Part shown: in pieces, positions 32,120-44,744 of the stretch | Layout of the letters: every line of letters starts with the position of its first letter | Position numbering within the stretch: the stretch's first letter is position 1 | Assembly (NCBI GenBank): GCA_963575745.1 | Contig: CAUYUJ010000303.1 | Span: 310,001-374,000, forward strand | DNA from: Prorocentrum cordatum | Lineage: Eukaryota | Direction: 5' to 3' | Length of the DNA stretch: 64,000 nucleotides | Notes under the pieces: generated by a model | Told to the model about the DNA's origin: nothing | The model's database searches: none | Seen by the model: the letters and a program-made list of their open reading frames with translations, nothing else | Position numbers and translations under genes: made by a program

Positions 32120-33030
32120 AACTGAGTCTCCATGGGGTAGGGGTGTCGGGGCGTCGTGGGGGCGTGGTGGGGGCGTGGTGGGGGGTATCGGTTGGTTGTG
32201 GGCGACAAATGGTGGGGTGGGGGGCCACAAGAACAGAGGCTCCATGGGGTGGGGATGCCGGGGCGTGGTGGGGGGGTATCGGTCGGTTTTGGGCGACAAA
32301 TGGTGGGGTGGGGGACCCCAAGAACAGAGGCTCCATGGGGTTGGGATGCCGGGGCGTGGTGGGGGGTATCGGTCGGTTTTGGCGAAAAATGGTGGGGTGG
32401 ATGGCCCTAAGAACAGAGGCTCCATGGGGTGGGGATGCCGGGGCGTGGTGGGGGGCATCGGTCGGTTTTGGGCGAAAAATGGTGGGGGGTGGGGGGCCCC
32501 AAGAACAGAGACTCCATGGGGGAGTGATGCCGGGGCGTGGCGGGNNNNNNNNNNNNNNNNNNNNNNNNNNNNNNNNNNNNNNNNNNNNNNNNNNNNNNNN
32601 NNNNNNNNNNNNNNNNNNNNNNNNNNNNNNNNNNNNNNNNNNNNTGTGGGCGGAAAATTGTAGGGTGGGGGGGTCCGAAGAGCAGAGGCTCCATGGGGTG
32701 GGGATGCCGGGGCGTGGTGGAGGGTATCGGTCGGTTTGGGGCGAAAAAAGGTGGGGTGGGGGACCCCAAGAACAGGGTCCATGGGGTGGGGGTGCCGATG
32801 CGTGGTGGAGGGTATCGGTCGGTTTTGGGCGAAAACTCGTAGGTTGGAGGTCCAAGAACAGAGGCTCCATGGGGTGGGGATGCCGGGGCGTGGTGGGGGG
32901 TATCGGTTGGTTTTGGGCGAGAAATGGTGGGGTGGGGGGCCCCAAGAACAGAGGCTCCATGGGGTGAGGATGCCGGGGCGCGGTGGGGGGTATCGGTCGG
33001 TTTTGGGCGAAAAATGGTGGGGTGGGTGCC
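32120..33030. repeat. Subterminal minisatellite of element A (about 85-90 bp unit; contains an N-gap)
   Basis: Repeated CCAAGAACAGAGGCTCCATGGGGTGGGGATGCCGGGGCGTGGTG..TATCGGTCGGTTTTGGGCG. Confidence 0.9.
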
Positions 33031-33146
33031 GGGGCATGGAGGGGGGTGTTGGTCGATTGTGGTTTCGGGGGAGATTTCGGGCGAGAAATTGTCGGGTGTG
33101 GTATCCAGCTCAAACGGATATCGCACACGCCTCCGGGGTCGGCGGA

Positions 33147-33674
33147 TTGGATAGGCTTGACCATCAGCGAGATTTGGGCATATTGGGGCCATGGGCCCTG
33201 ACATGGCGGTATGACGATATGGTCGATCCTGTTAAAGTCCAAGACTCGTTTGACCATCTGGCCGGCTATTCATTTCGAGAGAATGCGGGGGGCGCTTGGA
33301 TGAGACGAGCTTGGGGTTTTCTGTATGACAATCACGTTGCCCTTCCTCCCCGTGACAAGTGGGCGATTGTTGCGGGAACTGCTTTCTGGGCCCGCTCAGC
33401 ACCGCTGTTGCGAAACCCATGTCTATTCGCCGCTATATCTCGGTGGCTGGCGATTTTGGAATATAGTTACGATTCAAACTGTCGTAATCAGACGGCTTGC
33501 CTAGATGTTTATGGATTGGAAAGGGTCCTTCCGACAATGATAGCATCTGAATACGCGCTTCTTGTTGCGGAGGCCCCCAACAAGTTCCGCCTACATGATA
33601 CACGCAACCACTGCTGCCGGCAGAGAGACTGCATGTCGTCATGCGCATACGCGCTACCTCCACCGAGTGTGTAA
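33147..33674 (+). pseudogene. RgpF-like retrogene, 3' part
   Basis: LDRLD..LGILGP..VAGTAFWAR..YGLERV are typical RgpF C-terminal motifs; in frame with the 5' part (CAC ATA | TTG GAT), giving about 371 aa. Confidence 0.75.
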
Positions 33675-34959
33675 GTAGAGCTTCGTGCGAGTCTGGCGGA
33701 CCAAACACATGCATCTCAGGATATCCTTTTAGACGGCTCAACAAGCCCCCATTGCTAAAATGAACGCCTCAGTATGTAATTATTTAATGTGTTCCGATGC
33801 CGGACAGCACACCATGTTGGCAGCGGATCGGCGGCTGGCCTATTCGACGCAGCACGCTTTGGCTCGATTTTCATGCGAACTCCTGTAGGCCGCCCTCTTA
33901 CGGACGAGAGGGTCGGGGAGCCATTCGTGTCGAACAAAAAGTCTCTCTGCTCTTCCTGCTTGTCTGCCAGCCAGTCTTCTTGGTTGCTTTGCATGCCGGA
34001 CGGTTTGCTGGCCGGCCTTCCCCTGTTCGATTAACCGGTTGCGTGCCCGTCCGTCTGTCTGCCTGTCCGCCTGCTTGTCGTGCGTCTGTCCCCCGGTCCG
34101 TCTGTCGGGTTGCCCATCCTTTCGGGGGCCCCCAAACGGTGTGGTGACCACAACGTGTGGTGAGTCGGTGGGGATTCGGGATCTTTTTTGTTCTGCGGCC
34201 CGCAAGGAAAAGTCCAGAGGCCGTGTCAATCAGGCAAACTGGGGCACAGAGCCAGATAATTCGTGCACATGCACAACAAATTGGGGAAAACGAGCAGAGG
34301 GATTCGGGATCACCGCACCGCACGGTTTTGGGACTCGAGGCCCCCTCCGAGGATGTCTCGGGCGACAGGGGCCTCTGGGGTCCCAAGACCGTGCGGTGAG
34401 GGAGCGTGCGGTGAGGTCTTGGGGGATTTCGAGGTCACTCCACGGTGCGTCCGTCACCGCACCGTTTCGGGACTCCAAATCATTCTGTGAGCGTGGGCAG
34501 GCGTGAGCAGGGGTCAGCGCGCGAGACTGCTGATTCGGAGGAGGGTTCTCGCCTCGCGCTCATGGAACGCAGAGGGATGGTGACGGACGCGGGCACAGGC
34601 AGGTTGTTTTGTGCATCCGATGTTATAGAAACTAGGTTTCAAGATGGTGAACACCCCCTGAATACTCAAAGGTTGTTTTGTTCTGGGTTTTGTTGCATGG
34701 TTTTTTGTCCGTTGTGTTCAGTCTTCGGTTTTTCAGTCTTCAATGTCAGGAATATTGCACTTGGCATCGCTCGGACGCGTGCATTTGTTCTCGGCGAGAA
34801 CCATCGAGGACCATCCTGGACCATCGAGCCAAAAAAACACGCACGATACCCAAACATGCACGGGAACTGGACGTGCGAGCGGCGGCAAGTGCATGCGACG
34901 AGCGCGTCGTAGAGTCGCTGAAGCATGCCGCGCGGCCGGGGCCGGCGCCTCCGTGCCAG

Positions 34960-35011
34960 CAGTACTGCGACGAGAACGACCTGCTCTTCATGGAGACGTC
35001 TGCGAAGACCG
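34960..35011 (+). CDS. Probable isolated exon of a Rab GTPase (Rab5-like, G5 motif)
   Basis: QYCDENDLLFMETSAKT flanked by CAG| and |GTGAG; no other Rab exon was recognised in the window. Confidence 0.55.
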
Positions 35012-36159
35012 GTGAGAGCGTCGCTGCCTTGGGACACCATGATCGGGGGTGGAAAAGAGGGGGGTGATGACAAGGGGGGGGTGGATTTCATGGCGCGGGC
35101 CATGATTTTTCCTCAGATTTCATGGCGCCTCTTCTGTTTTCATTACGTACCTGGCCCCCCCGCTGGGCCGCGCACATGCCGCCGGTCATGATTTGCACCC
35201 CCCCCTCTTGGACACCCCCCTCTTGGCCGCTCCCGACATGATCAACATGGCGGAATCCGCTTGATTTCTCAGTTCAACGGTCGTCAGATGTATCATCGGT
35301 CGCTGAAAGTAGGTACAGTGGAGGCGTTCAGCAAGAAACCAGATGCTGCTCGCCAGGGTACCCTGGGTTTCTTCGATCCTCGTGCTGCGCGGTGGCGTCC
35401 CGCGGCCGTGAAAGAAGCTGCTGCGTTCAGAGTGCTCTGGGTTTCTCCTCAGGTGTACCTTACGCGCAGGTTTTCAGGGGTTGGATTTCTTGCGAGGGTT
35501 TCTTGCGACCGAGCCCGTACTGTAGATCCAATCTACTTTAAGCGCCTTCCTACTTCAATGATCGAGTGGCTTCACCTTTCCCGTCCTCCTTCGGGGGCGA
35601 ACGGGACGGGCTTGGCTTTTTTTCTCCCCCCCGAGGCTTTTCTTTCCGCCCCCCCCCAGGGGAGCTTCGGGGGTCTGGGGGGGCCTTTTCTTTTCCCCCT
35701 GAGGGGGGGGCGGCGGGGGGGGCGTGGGCCTCGAGGCTTTTTTTTGTTCTCCCCTCGGAGGCTTTTTTTGTTCCCCCCTCGAGGCTGTTTTTTCCCCCAG
35801 GGGAGGGGGGGGTGGGGGGGGGGGGGCGGGGGGCCCGAGGCTTTTATTTTTTTCTTCGGATGCTTTTCTTTTTTTTTCTCCCCCCTCGAGGCTTTTTTGT
35901 TCCCCCCCGGGGGCCTCGAGGTTTTCATTTTTTCCCTCGGGTTTTTTTTCCCCCCTCGAGGCTTGTGGGGGAGGGGGGCGGAGGAGGGGGGGAGGGGGCC
36001 CCGCCGAAGGGGGGCTCCGGCGTGGGCCTGGGGATCTCGCCCCTAGGGGACTGCTGGGCAGGCGCCAGAGCTTGACGTCTCGCGGTCATATTGATGATGA
36101 CGGCGACGACGACGACGACTGCGGTGGCGACGACGACGGCGACGACGACGATGACGACG

Positions 36160-36420
36160 GCGGCGGCCAATGCATGCCAACGCAAGCCAATGCATGTCAT
36201 GGGATGCCAAATCATGCTAATGCATGCCAGCGCATTGGCATGCATTCGCATGCGTTGGCATGTATTTGCATGCATTGGCATGCATTGGCATGCGTTGGCA
36301 TGCATTGGCATGCATTGGCACGCATTGGCATGCGTTGGCATGCCTTGGCATGCATTGGCATGGATGGGTATGCTTCGGCATGCAGTTGCATGCTTTGGAA
36401 TGCGTTGGCATGCATTGGGC
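36160..36420. repeat. (TGCATTGGCA)n microsatellite
   Basis: Seen directly. Confidence 0.9.
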
Positions 36421-39400
36421 GGGGGCGCGAGTGGGCGGCGGGCGGGCGCGCGGGCGGGCGGCGGGCGGCGGGCGGGACCGGGATTTTAATAGAACTCCTA
36501 AGGAGGGTGTCTTGCAGCGGGAGCCTGTTGAGTACAAGGTGTTGTGTTGGGCACGGAGGTTGTTGAGTACTGGGTGTTTTGTAGGACACGGAGGCTGTTC
36601 AGTACTGGGTGTTGTTTTGGACACAGACAGAGCTGAGCACAAGGAGAGCGCGGGCGGGCGGCGGGCGGAATCGGGATTTTAATTGAACTCCTAAGGAGGG
36701 TGTCTTTCAGCGGGAGTATGTTGAGTACGGTGTTTTGTGGGACACGGAGGCTGTTGAGTACTGGGTGTTGTGTTGGACACGGGGGATGCGGAAGGGTTTC
36801 AGGGAAGGGCGCACCAGAGACCTCGAGCCACATATGTTTGAGTGTGATGATGATGTTGATGATGATGATGGTGTTGATGACGAGTGCTCATGTTAATTAT
36901 GAGTATGACAGGGAATGATCATGTAGGGGGATATTTAACATGGTAGTCCCCAGCTGGAGCCATGTCTTTTTCATGTGTCCAGGCCACCCAATGTGGTATC
37001 CAGCATGTGTGCCCCGAGTTGGAACCACGTGTTTTCACGTGTCCAGGCCACCCACGGGGGTATCTAACATGGAATTCCCGAGCTGGAGTCATGTGTTTTT
37101 GCGTGCCTAGGCCGCCCAGCGGGGTATCTAACACGGTTACCCCTAGCCGGAACACGATGTTTCACGTGTTCAGGCCACACCAGGAGGGCCTCTAGCATGG
37201 CGGTCCCGAGCTGGAGCCATGTGTTTTCAAGTGTCTTGGCCATCCAGGGGGGTATCTATCATGGTGGTTCCGAGCTGGAACCACGTGCTTTCATGTGTCC
37301 ACGCCGCATGGCGGTTCCGAGCTCAAAACACGCGTTTTCACGCGTCCAGGCCACAGGGGGTTATCTAACATTGTTAACCCGAGCTGAACCACGTGTCTTT
37401 CGCGTGGCGCGGCCAGTTTTCGGCCTCCAGATCCCCGTTCTGAGCCCCACGACCGTCTAAAAACGATCCCGGATGAGAAACTGACCCTGGGGAGAGGGTC
37501 GTGTCTTCTGGGGGCCGACTTGGGCCGTCTCAGGGGGCTCTTCACCGGTCTGACGCCTTCGGAGGGGCCGTCTTGAGGGGCCTCTCTCCCCCCCGCCTCT
37601 CTCTCTCTCTCTCCTTCTCTCTCTCTCTCTCTCCTTCCCTCCCTCCCCCCTTCTTGGGTGTTGTGTTGGATACGGAGAGCGAGGGCGGGCGACGCGCGGG
37701 CGGGCGGCGGGCGGCGGGCGGGATCGGGATTTGAATCGAACTCCTAAGGAGGGTGTCTTGCAGCGGGAACCTGTTGAGTAGAGGGGTGTGTGATGGACGC
37801 GGAGGCTGTTCAGTACTGGGTGTTGTGTTGGACACGGAAGCTGTTGAGTATTGGGTCTTGTGCTGGACACAGAGAGAGTTGAACACAAGGAGCGGGGGCG
37901 GGCGGCGGGCGGGCGCGCGCGTGGGCAGCGGGCGGCGGGCGGGATTTTAATAGAATTCCTAAGGACGGTGTCTTGCAGCGGGGACCTGTTGAGTACAGGG
38001 TGTTGTGTTGGACGCGGACGCTGTTGAGTACAGGGTGTTGTGTTGGCACGGAGGCTGTTGGGTTTTGTGTTCTGTGTTGGACACGGAGAGCGTTGACACA
38101 AGGAAAGCGGGGGCGGGCGGCGGGCGGGCGCGCGGGCGGGCGGCGGGCGGCGGGCGGGATCGGGATGTGAATCGAACTCCTAAGAATGGTGTCTCGCAGC
38201 GGGAGCCTGTGGAGTACAAGGTGGTGTTTTGGGCGCGGAGGCTGTTGAGTACTGGGTGTTGTGTTGGACACAGAGGCTGTTGACTATTGGGTCTTGTTTT
38301 GGACACAGAGAGAGTTGAACACGATGAAAACGGGGGCGGGCGGCGGGCGGCGGGCGGTATCGGGATTTTACTGGAACTGCTAAGGAGTGTGTCTTGCAGC
38401 GGGAACCTGTTGAGTACAGGGTGTTGTGTTGGGCACGGAGGCTGTTGAGTACAGGGTGTTGAATTGCGCGCGGAGGCTGTTGAGTATTGTGTTCTCTGTG
38501 TTGGGCACGGAGAGCGTTGACACAAAGAGAGCGGGGGCGGGCGGCGGGCGGGCGCGCGGGCGGCGGGCGGCGAGCGGCGGGCGGGATCGGGATTTGAATC
38601 GAACTCCTAAGGAGGGTGTCTTGCAGCGGGAGCCTGTGGAGTACAAGGTGTTGCGTTGGGCACGGAGGCTGTTGCGTACTGGTTGTTGTGTAGGACGCGG
38701 AGGCTGTTGAGGATTGTGTTTTGCGTTGGACACATCGACTTGAGCACGATGAGAGCGGAGGCGGGCGGCGGGCAGTCGGGCGGCGGGCGCGGGCGGGATC
38801 GGGAAATTAATGGAACTCCTAGGGAGGGTGTCTTTCAGCGTGAACGTGTTGAGTACACGACGTTGTGTTGGGCACGGAGGCTGTTGAGTACGCGGTGATG
38901 TGTTGGGCGCGGAGGCTGTTCAGTTTTGGCTGTTGTGTTGGGCACAGAAAAGCTGAACACAAGGAGAGCGGAGGTTGTTGGCGGGCGGGCGCGCAGGCGG
39001 GCGGCGGGCGGCGGGCGGGATCGGGATTTTGATAGAACTCCTAATGGAGGGTGTGTTGCAGCGGGGGCCTGTTGATTACAAGGTGTTGTGATGGGCACAG
39101 GGGTTATTGAGTATTGGGTGCTTTGTAGGACGCGGAGGCTGTTAAGTATTGGGTGTTGTGTTGGGCGCAAAAAAAATGAGCACAAGGAGAGCCGGGGCGG
39201 GCGGCGGGCGGGCGCGCACCTGTGCGGCGGGCGGCGGGCGGGATTTTATTACAACTCCTAAGGGTTGTCTTGCAGCGGGGACCTGTTGAGTACATGGTGT
39301 TGTGTTGGACACGGAGGCTGTTGAGTACTGGGTGTTGTGTTGCACGCGGGGGCTGTTGAGTATTGTGTTCTTTGTTGGACACGGAGAGCGTTGACACAAA

Positions 39401-41175
39401 GAAAGCGGGGCTGGGCGGCGGGCGGGCGCGCGGGCGGGCGGCGGGCGGCGGGCGGGACCAGGAGTTTGATAGAACTCCTACGGAGGGTGTCTTGCAGCGT
39501 GTGCTTGTTGAGTACAAGGTGGTGTGTTGGGCACGGGGGCTGTTGCGTACTGGGTATTTTGTAGGACACGGAGGCTATTCAGTATTGTGTTCTGTGTTGG
39601 ACAGAGAGAGTTGAGCACGATGACGGCGGGGGCGGGCGGCGGGAGGGCGCGCGGGCGGGCGGCGGGCGGCGGGCGGGATCGGGATTAGATTGGAACTCCT
39701 AGGGAGGGTGTTTTTCACCAGGAACCTGGTGAGTACGGGATGCTGTGTTGGGCACGGCGGCTGTTAAGTACTGGCTGCTGTGTTGGACACAGAAAAAGCT
39801 GAACACAACGAGAGCGGGGGTTGTTGGCGGGCGGGCGGCGGGCGGCGGGCGGGATCGGGATTTTAATAGAATTGTTGAGGGTGTCTTGCAGCGGGGACCT
39901 GTTGAGTAAAAAGCGTTGTGGTGGGTACGAAAGCTGCTGAGTATTTGGTGATGTGTTGGGCACGGGGGCTGTTGACTATTGTATTTCGTGCTGGAGACGG
40001 GGAAGGTTGACCACAAGGAGACCAGGGACGGGCGGCGGGCGGGCGCGCAGGCGGGCGGCGGGTGGCGGGCGGGATCGGGATTTTAATAGAACTCCTGAAG
40101 AGGGTGTTTTGCAGCGGGGACCTGTTGAATACAGGGTGTTGTGTTGGACGCGCAGGCTGTTGAGTACTGGGTGTTATGTTGGACAGAGAGTGTTGAGCAC
40201 AAGGCGAGCGAGGGCGGGCGGCCGGTGGGCGCGCCGGCGGGCGGCGGGCGGCGGGCGGGATCGGGATTTTTAATGGAATGATTTTAATGGAATGTTTAAG
40301 GAGGGTGTCTTGCAGCGGGGACCTGTTTAGTACAGGGTGTTGTGTTGGACACGGAGGCTGTGGGGTACTTGGCGTTGTGTTGGGAACGGAGGTTGTTGAG
40401 TTGTGTGTTTTGTGTGAGACACGGAAAGCGTTGACAAAAGGAGAGCGGGGGCGGGCGGCGGGCGGGCGGCGGGCGGCGGGTGGGACCGGGATTCGAATAA
40501 AATTCCTAAAGGGGGGGTATTGCAGCGTGTGCTTGGTGAGTACAAGGTGTTGTATTGGGCACGGAGGTTGTTGATTATTGTGTTTTGTGTTGGACACGGA
40601 GGCTGTTGAGTATTGGGTGTTGTTTTGGACACAGACACAGTTAAGCACGATGAGAGCGGGGGCGGGCGGCGGGCGGGCGCGCGGGCGGACGGCGGGCGGC
40701 GGGTGGGATCGGGAGTTTAATGGAATTTCTAAGGAGGGTGTCTTGCAGCGGGGACCTGTTGAGTACTGGATGTTGTGTTGGACGCGGAGGCTGTTGCGTA
40801 CTGGGTGTTGTGTAGGACACGGAGGCTGTTGAGTATTTGGTGTTGTGTTTGGCACAGGCGCGCGGGCGGGCGGCAGGCGACGGGCGGGACCGAGATTTTC
40901 ATAGAACTCCTATGGAGGGTGTCTTGTAGCGGGAGCCTGTTGACTACAGGGGGGTGTTGTGTTGGACACGGGCGTTGTTGAGTACAGGGGGTTGTGTTGG
41001 ACACGAAAGCGGTTGGGTTTGGGGTGGTGTTGAATACAGTGCGTGTGTGTGTGTGTGTGTGTGGTGGGGGGGGGGGGACGTGGAGGCTGTTGAGAACTGG
41101 ATGTTGTTCGGACACGGGGGATGCGGAAGGGGTTCAGGGAAGGGCGCACCAGTGACCTCGAGCCACATATGTTGG
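36420..41175. repeat. Satellite array, about 200-bp unit (GGCGGGC tract, GGGATTTTAATAGAACTCCTAAGGAGGGTGTCTTGCAGCGGG, CTGTTGAGTAC subrepeats)
   Basis: About 18 diverged units in two blocks (36420-36840 and 37650-41175). Confidence 0.92.
36925..37400. repeat. About 60-bp tandem repeat (TATCTAACATGG..CCCGAGCTGGA.CCA.GTGTTTTCA.GTGTCCAGGCCAC)
   Basis: About 8 copies. Confidence 0.85.
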
Positions 41176-41179
41176 TGAG

Positions 41180-41390
41180 TGTGATGATACTGTTGCTGCT
41201 GATGATGATGAGGATAAGGATGAGAATGATGATGAACATGATGATGATGATGATGATGAGGATGATGAGGATGATGATGATGATGCTGATGATGATGATG
41301 ATGATGCTGTTGAACATGATGATGGTGGTGATGATGATGATGCTGATGATGTTGATGATGATGATGATGATCATGATGATGATGAGGATG

Positions 41391-41461
<71 letters not shown>

Positions 41462-41530
41462 AATGATGACGACGACGATGATGATGCTGATGAGGATGAG
41501 GAGGAGGAGGAGGAGGAGGAGGAGGAGGAG
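41180..41530. repeat. (ATG)n and (GAG)n microsatellite
   Basis: Seen directly. Confidence 0.95.
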
Positions 41531-41939
41531 GTTTCTCGGGTGCCTCTTTCAGCTTCCAGAGAGCTTTTCGGGCCGTCTTGAGCCGATCTTGAAGGGCCCG
41601 TAGGCCGCTTTCCACGCTCGTAACACCTCAGGGGCCCGATGCGACAATCAGAGGAAAACCTTACGAGTTTGCGCATTGTGTTGTTTCTTTGCAGCGCTAG
41701 TTGGAGCTCCTTTGGGGCTTTCTTCGGCCGTCATTCGGACGCCATGCGGCGTGTTGGGGTTGTCTCTGCCGTTTTGGAAGTTTTGGCCCTGGCATCGGAT
41801 GTTGATGCTAATTCTAGGGCTTGTTTCGACAATCCACTTTAATTGCCCCCTTCATTTGCCACGGGGGGGGGGGGGAAGAACCCGCCTGGGGAAAATTATC
41901 CCAGTGCGACCCTACCTAGGAGTTGGAGCATTTAGGAAA

Positions 41940-42700
41940 GCAACATCTACATCTACACCGACAGCTACATTTACATCTACTCCTGCATCTACATCTACAG
42001 CAACATCAACAGCGAGACTCACATCTACATCTACACCTACACCTACATCTACACCTAAATCTACGTCTACATCTGCACTGCAGGTCCGGCTTTGCGTTGT
42101 TTTTGTTTTGTTGTGTTGTTGTTGCTGTTGATTTGCCTTTGTTTTGCTGATATGGTGTGCTATGCTATGTTATGCGGCGCTATGCTATGCTATGCTATGT
42201 TGCGCTATGCTATGCTATGCGATGCTTTGCTATGCTGCGCTATGTTATGTTATGCTATGTTATGCTAGGGTAAGCTCGGCTGCGCTGTGTTACGCTAGGC
42301 TATGGTATGCTATGATATGCTATGCTATGTTATGCTGCGCTATGCTATGCTATGCTATGCTGCGCTAGGCTATGATCTGATATGTTATGCTGTGCTATGC
42401 TGTGCTAAGCAATACAATGCTATGCGATGCTATGCTGCGCTATTGCTATGCTATGCTATGCTATGCTATGCTTGGCTATGCTATGCGGTGCTGTGCTATG
42501 CTAATGCTGCGCTGCGCCATGCTGCGCTAAGCTACGCTAAGCTAGGCTAAGCTAAGCCAAGCTAAGCTGAGCTAAGCTAAGCTAAGATGAGATCAGCTAA
42601 GCTAGGCTAAGTTAAGCTACGCTAGGCCAGGCAAAGCTAAGCTAAGCTAAGATGAGATAAACTAAGCTAAGCTTGGCTTAGCTTTGCTTAGCTAAGCTGG
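41940..42700. repeat. Compound microsatellites (ACATCT)n, (GCTAT)n and (GCTAA)n
   Basis: Seen directly. Confidence 0.9.
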
Positions 42701-43768
42701 GTGATCCCAGGGGGCGCAACTGAGGGAACCGCGGGGCGGATTCTGGGGGAACCGCCTGGGGCGCTTTCCACTGCCCGGCCCCTTTAAGCCCAGAGAGTAA
42801 GAACCCTTCTAGGCAGAGCCTGGGTAAGGAAAACACAACAGATCCCCTCCCGGGGGGGAACAACAAAAAACAGCTGGTGGAAAAAAAAAAAAAAGCTCCC
42901 CCCGGGGGAAAATAACAAAAACAACAAACAAAACAAAAAAACATAAAGAAAACGCCGCCGGGGGAAGAAAATACAAAAAGCGCCCTTCCAGGGGGGGAAC
43001 AAGAACCAACAAAAAAACTTCGGGGGGGGGAAGCCTCCCCCGAGCGGGCCCCTATCTACTTTCAACGCCTTCCTATTTCATATTTTTACCTACCTTTACG
43101 ACCGATGGGTAAGCGTGCCGAGCGCGGAATCTTGATTGAGCGATGCTCGCATTTGGGATCATAATACATCCGTGGAGTCCAACGCGATGGCGTGAGCGCG
43201 GTCAGCCAGGCAGCGGCTGGTGTTCAGGTGAGTGGGTATTGCTCCCGTGTCCCTGTGAGACAGGCAACTTTCTGTTGGAATTGGTTTGGGTCACCTGTTG
43301 CAGCGGCGTGCGCCGCCACGCGAAGTGATTGTTTTCACCGTTGGCATCGTCTACGGTAGGTTCGTGTCGAGCCGACGCGGCAGCGACCCCCCGCCACGGG
43401 CGTTCAAGGTTGAACGCCGACAGTGACCGCGAACCTGCCAATATGGAAAAGCCGCCGATCGCTCAAGGTTAAACGATCCACGCGGAGTCAGACACCAACG
43501 CAGGTGTCGGTGCGACGCGAGCCTGCCGTACTAGAGCTTACTGTCGCCGACCCCCCCCAGTCCTCCGTCCTCCCTCCGCCCTTTTTGGCCCCCCCCTTTC
43601 GTTTCTCCTTCGAGCGCTGGCTGGGAGGTGGCGAAAGTGGTGGATCCTCGTGAGGTCCAGTGCGCCACCCTCCCAGCAAGGCTCGAAGACCAGGAGCACG
43701 CAAAATCGAAGCCCAGCGTTGAACAAAAGCAACCTCACTAATCCAGAAGCCGCATTAAAGTGATCATT

Positions 43769-43880
43769 GAGGCCCTCTGTGACAGAGGGGGTGTTTTTTC
43801 GGAGGCCCTCTGTGACAGAGGGGGTGCGTTCGGAGGCCCTCTGTGACAGAGGGGGTGCGTTCGGAGGCTCTCTGCGACAG
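43769..43880. repeat. 31-bp tandem repeat with palindrome CCCTCTGT-G-ACAGAGGG
   Basis: 3.5 copies. Confidence 0.85.
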
Positions 43881-44310
43881 AGTTGCTCGTCATCCCGTTC
43901 CTCGTCATCCTGCTTCTTGATTTCGGATATGTCATGCTACCACTGCGCTCATCATCTTTGCGTCTGTGATCCTCGTCGTGTTTTTTTCCATGCGTCCTTT
44001 TCACAATTTCCACCACATTATCCTCCGTTGCCGTTCTGGCCCGCCATCTACCTCGTCACTCTCCTTCGTCTGCATGTCCTTATTCTTTTCCGCTCTTTTT
44101 TCGCCTCCCCCTCTGGTTCGATTTCCGCTCTTAGTCCACTTCGTTCATCCGTTTCCAACCCCCCTTCCTTTCAAGTTCTCCGCCGTCCAATCACATCGCG
44201 TCGTCCGTCGCCGCTATGCTCAAACCATCCCGCGCCCGTGGGATCGCCCGCGAGCACCGGTGCAGCTGGGCCCGTCGCGGCCTAACGCGCGCCTGCGCCA
44301 TCGTCTTGCA

Positions 44311-44744
44311 ATGGGCGATGCAGGCGGATACACATGGGGTGGCGCGGGAGGATGGTGGGATAGCCGCAGCAGCGGCTGGCGTGGCTGGGAGGACGGCCAT
44401 GATTGGTCAGCGAGGGGTTGGAGAGACTGGCGACAAGACGGGCACACGCCAACGGAGGACGCCAAATGGCGCGATGGCCCTGCCGCCGCAGCAGCGGCGG
44501 CGGTCTCGCCTCAACGGCCGTCTCGCTTCGCCGCGCTTAGCGTTGTGAGCCCCCGCGCCCCTGGTCTCGGCATGCCCGAATTCGATAATTTCGTGAGGGC
44601 TGCCCTCCGAAACTCACCAGAACCTGGGAACACAGTTTCAGGAGAGGGGTCGGGATCCCGAGCCGCGCCTGCGGCGCAGGAGCCCCGCGCCACCGCAGCG
44701 GCGGCGGCGCGCGGGCCCCAGGATTTTGAGAAGTTTGATGTTAA
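44311..44744 (+). pseudogene. Unknown gene, 5' part (G/W-rich N-terminus), split by element B
   Basis: ATG at 44311; reads ..QDFEKFDVN up to the element left end. Confidence 0.55.

Larger units (their letters stand above)
26955..33146 (+). mobile_element. Non-canonical Helitron-like element A (internally deleted)
   Basis: Termini shared with element B; inverted subterminal CCGCCGACCCC (26975-26985) and GGGGTCGGCGG (33135-33145). Removing it restores the RgpF frame. Encodes a helicase. Confidence 0.88.

Noticed and set aside
35600..36010. Homopolymer-rich stretch with long ORFs (also 42820-43050)
   Set aside because: Looks like low-quality consensus of a CCCCCTCGAGGCTTTT repeat.
36091..41178. 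Numerous ORFs across the satellite
   Set aside because: Open frames arise from repeat composition; no domain signal.
40910..41676. Poly-His, poly-Met, poly-Ile and poly-Ser ORFs
   Set aside because: Translations of (ATG)n and (GAG)n microsatellites.
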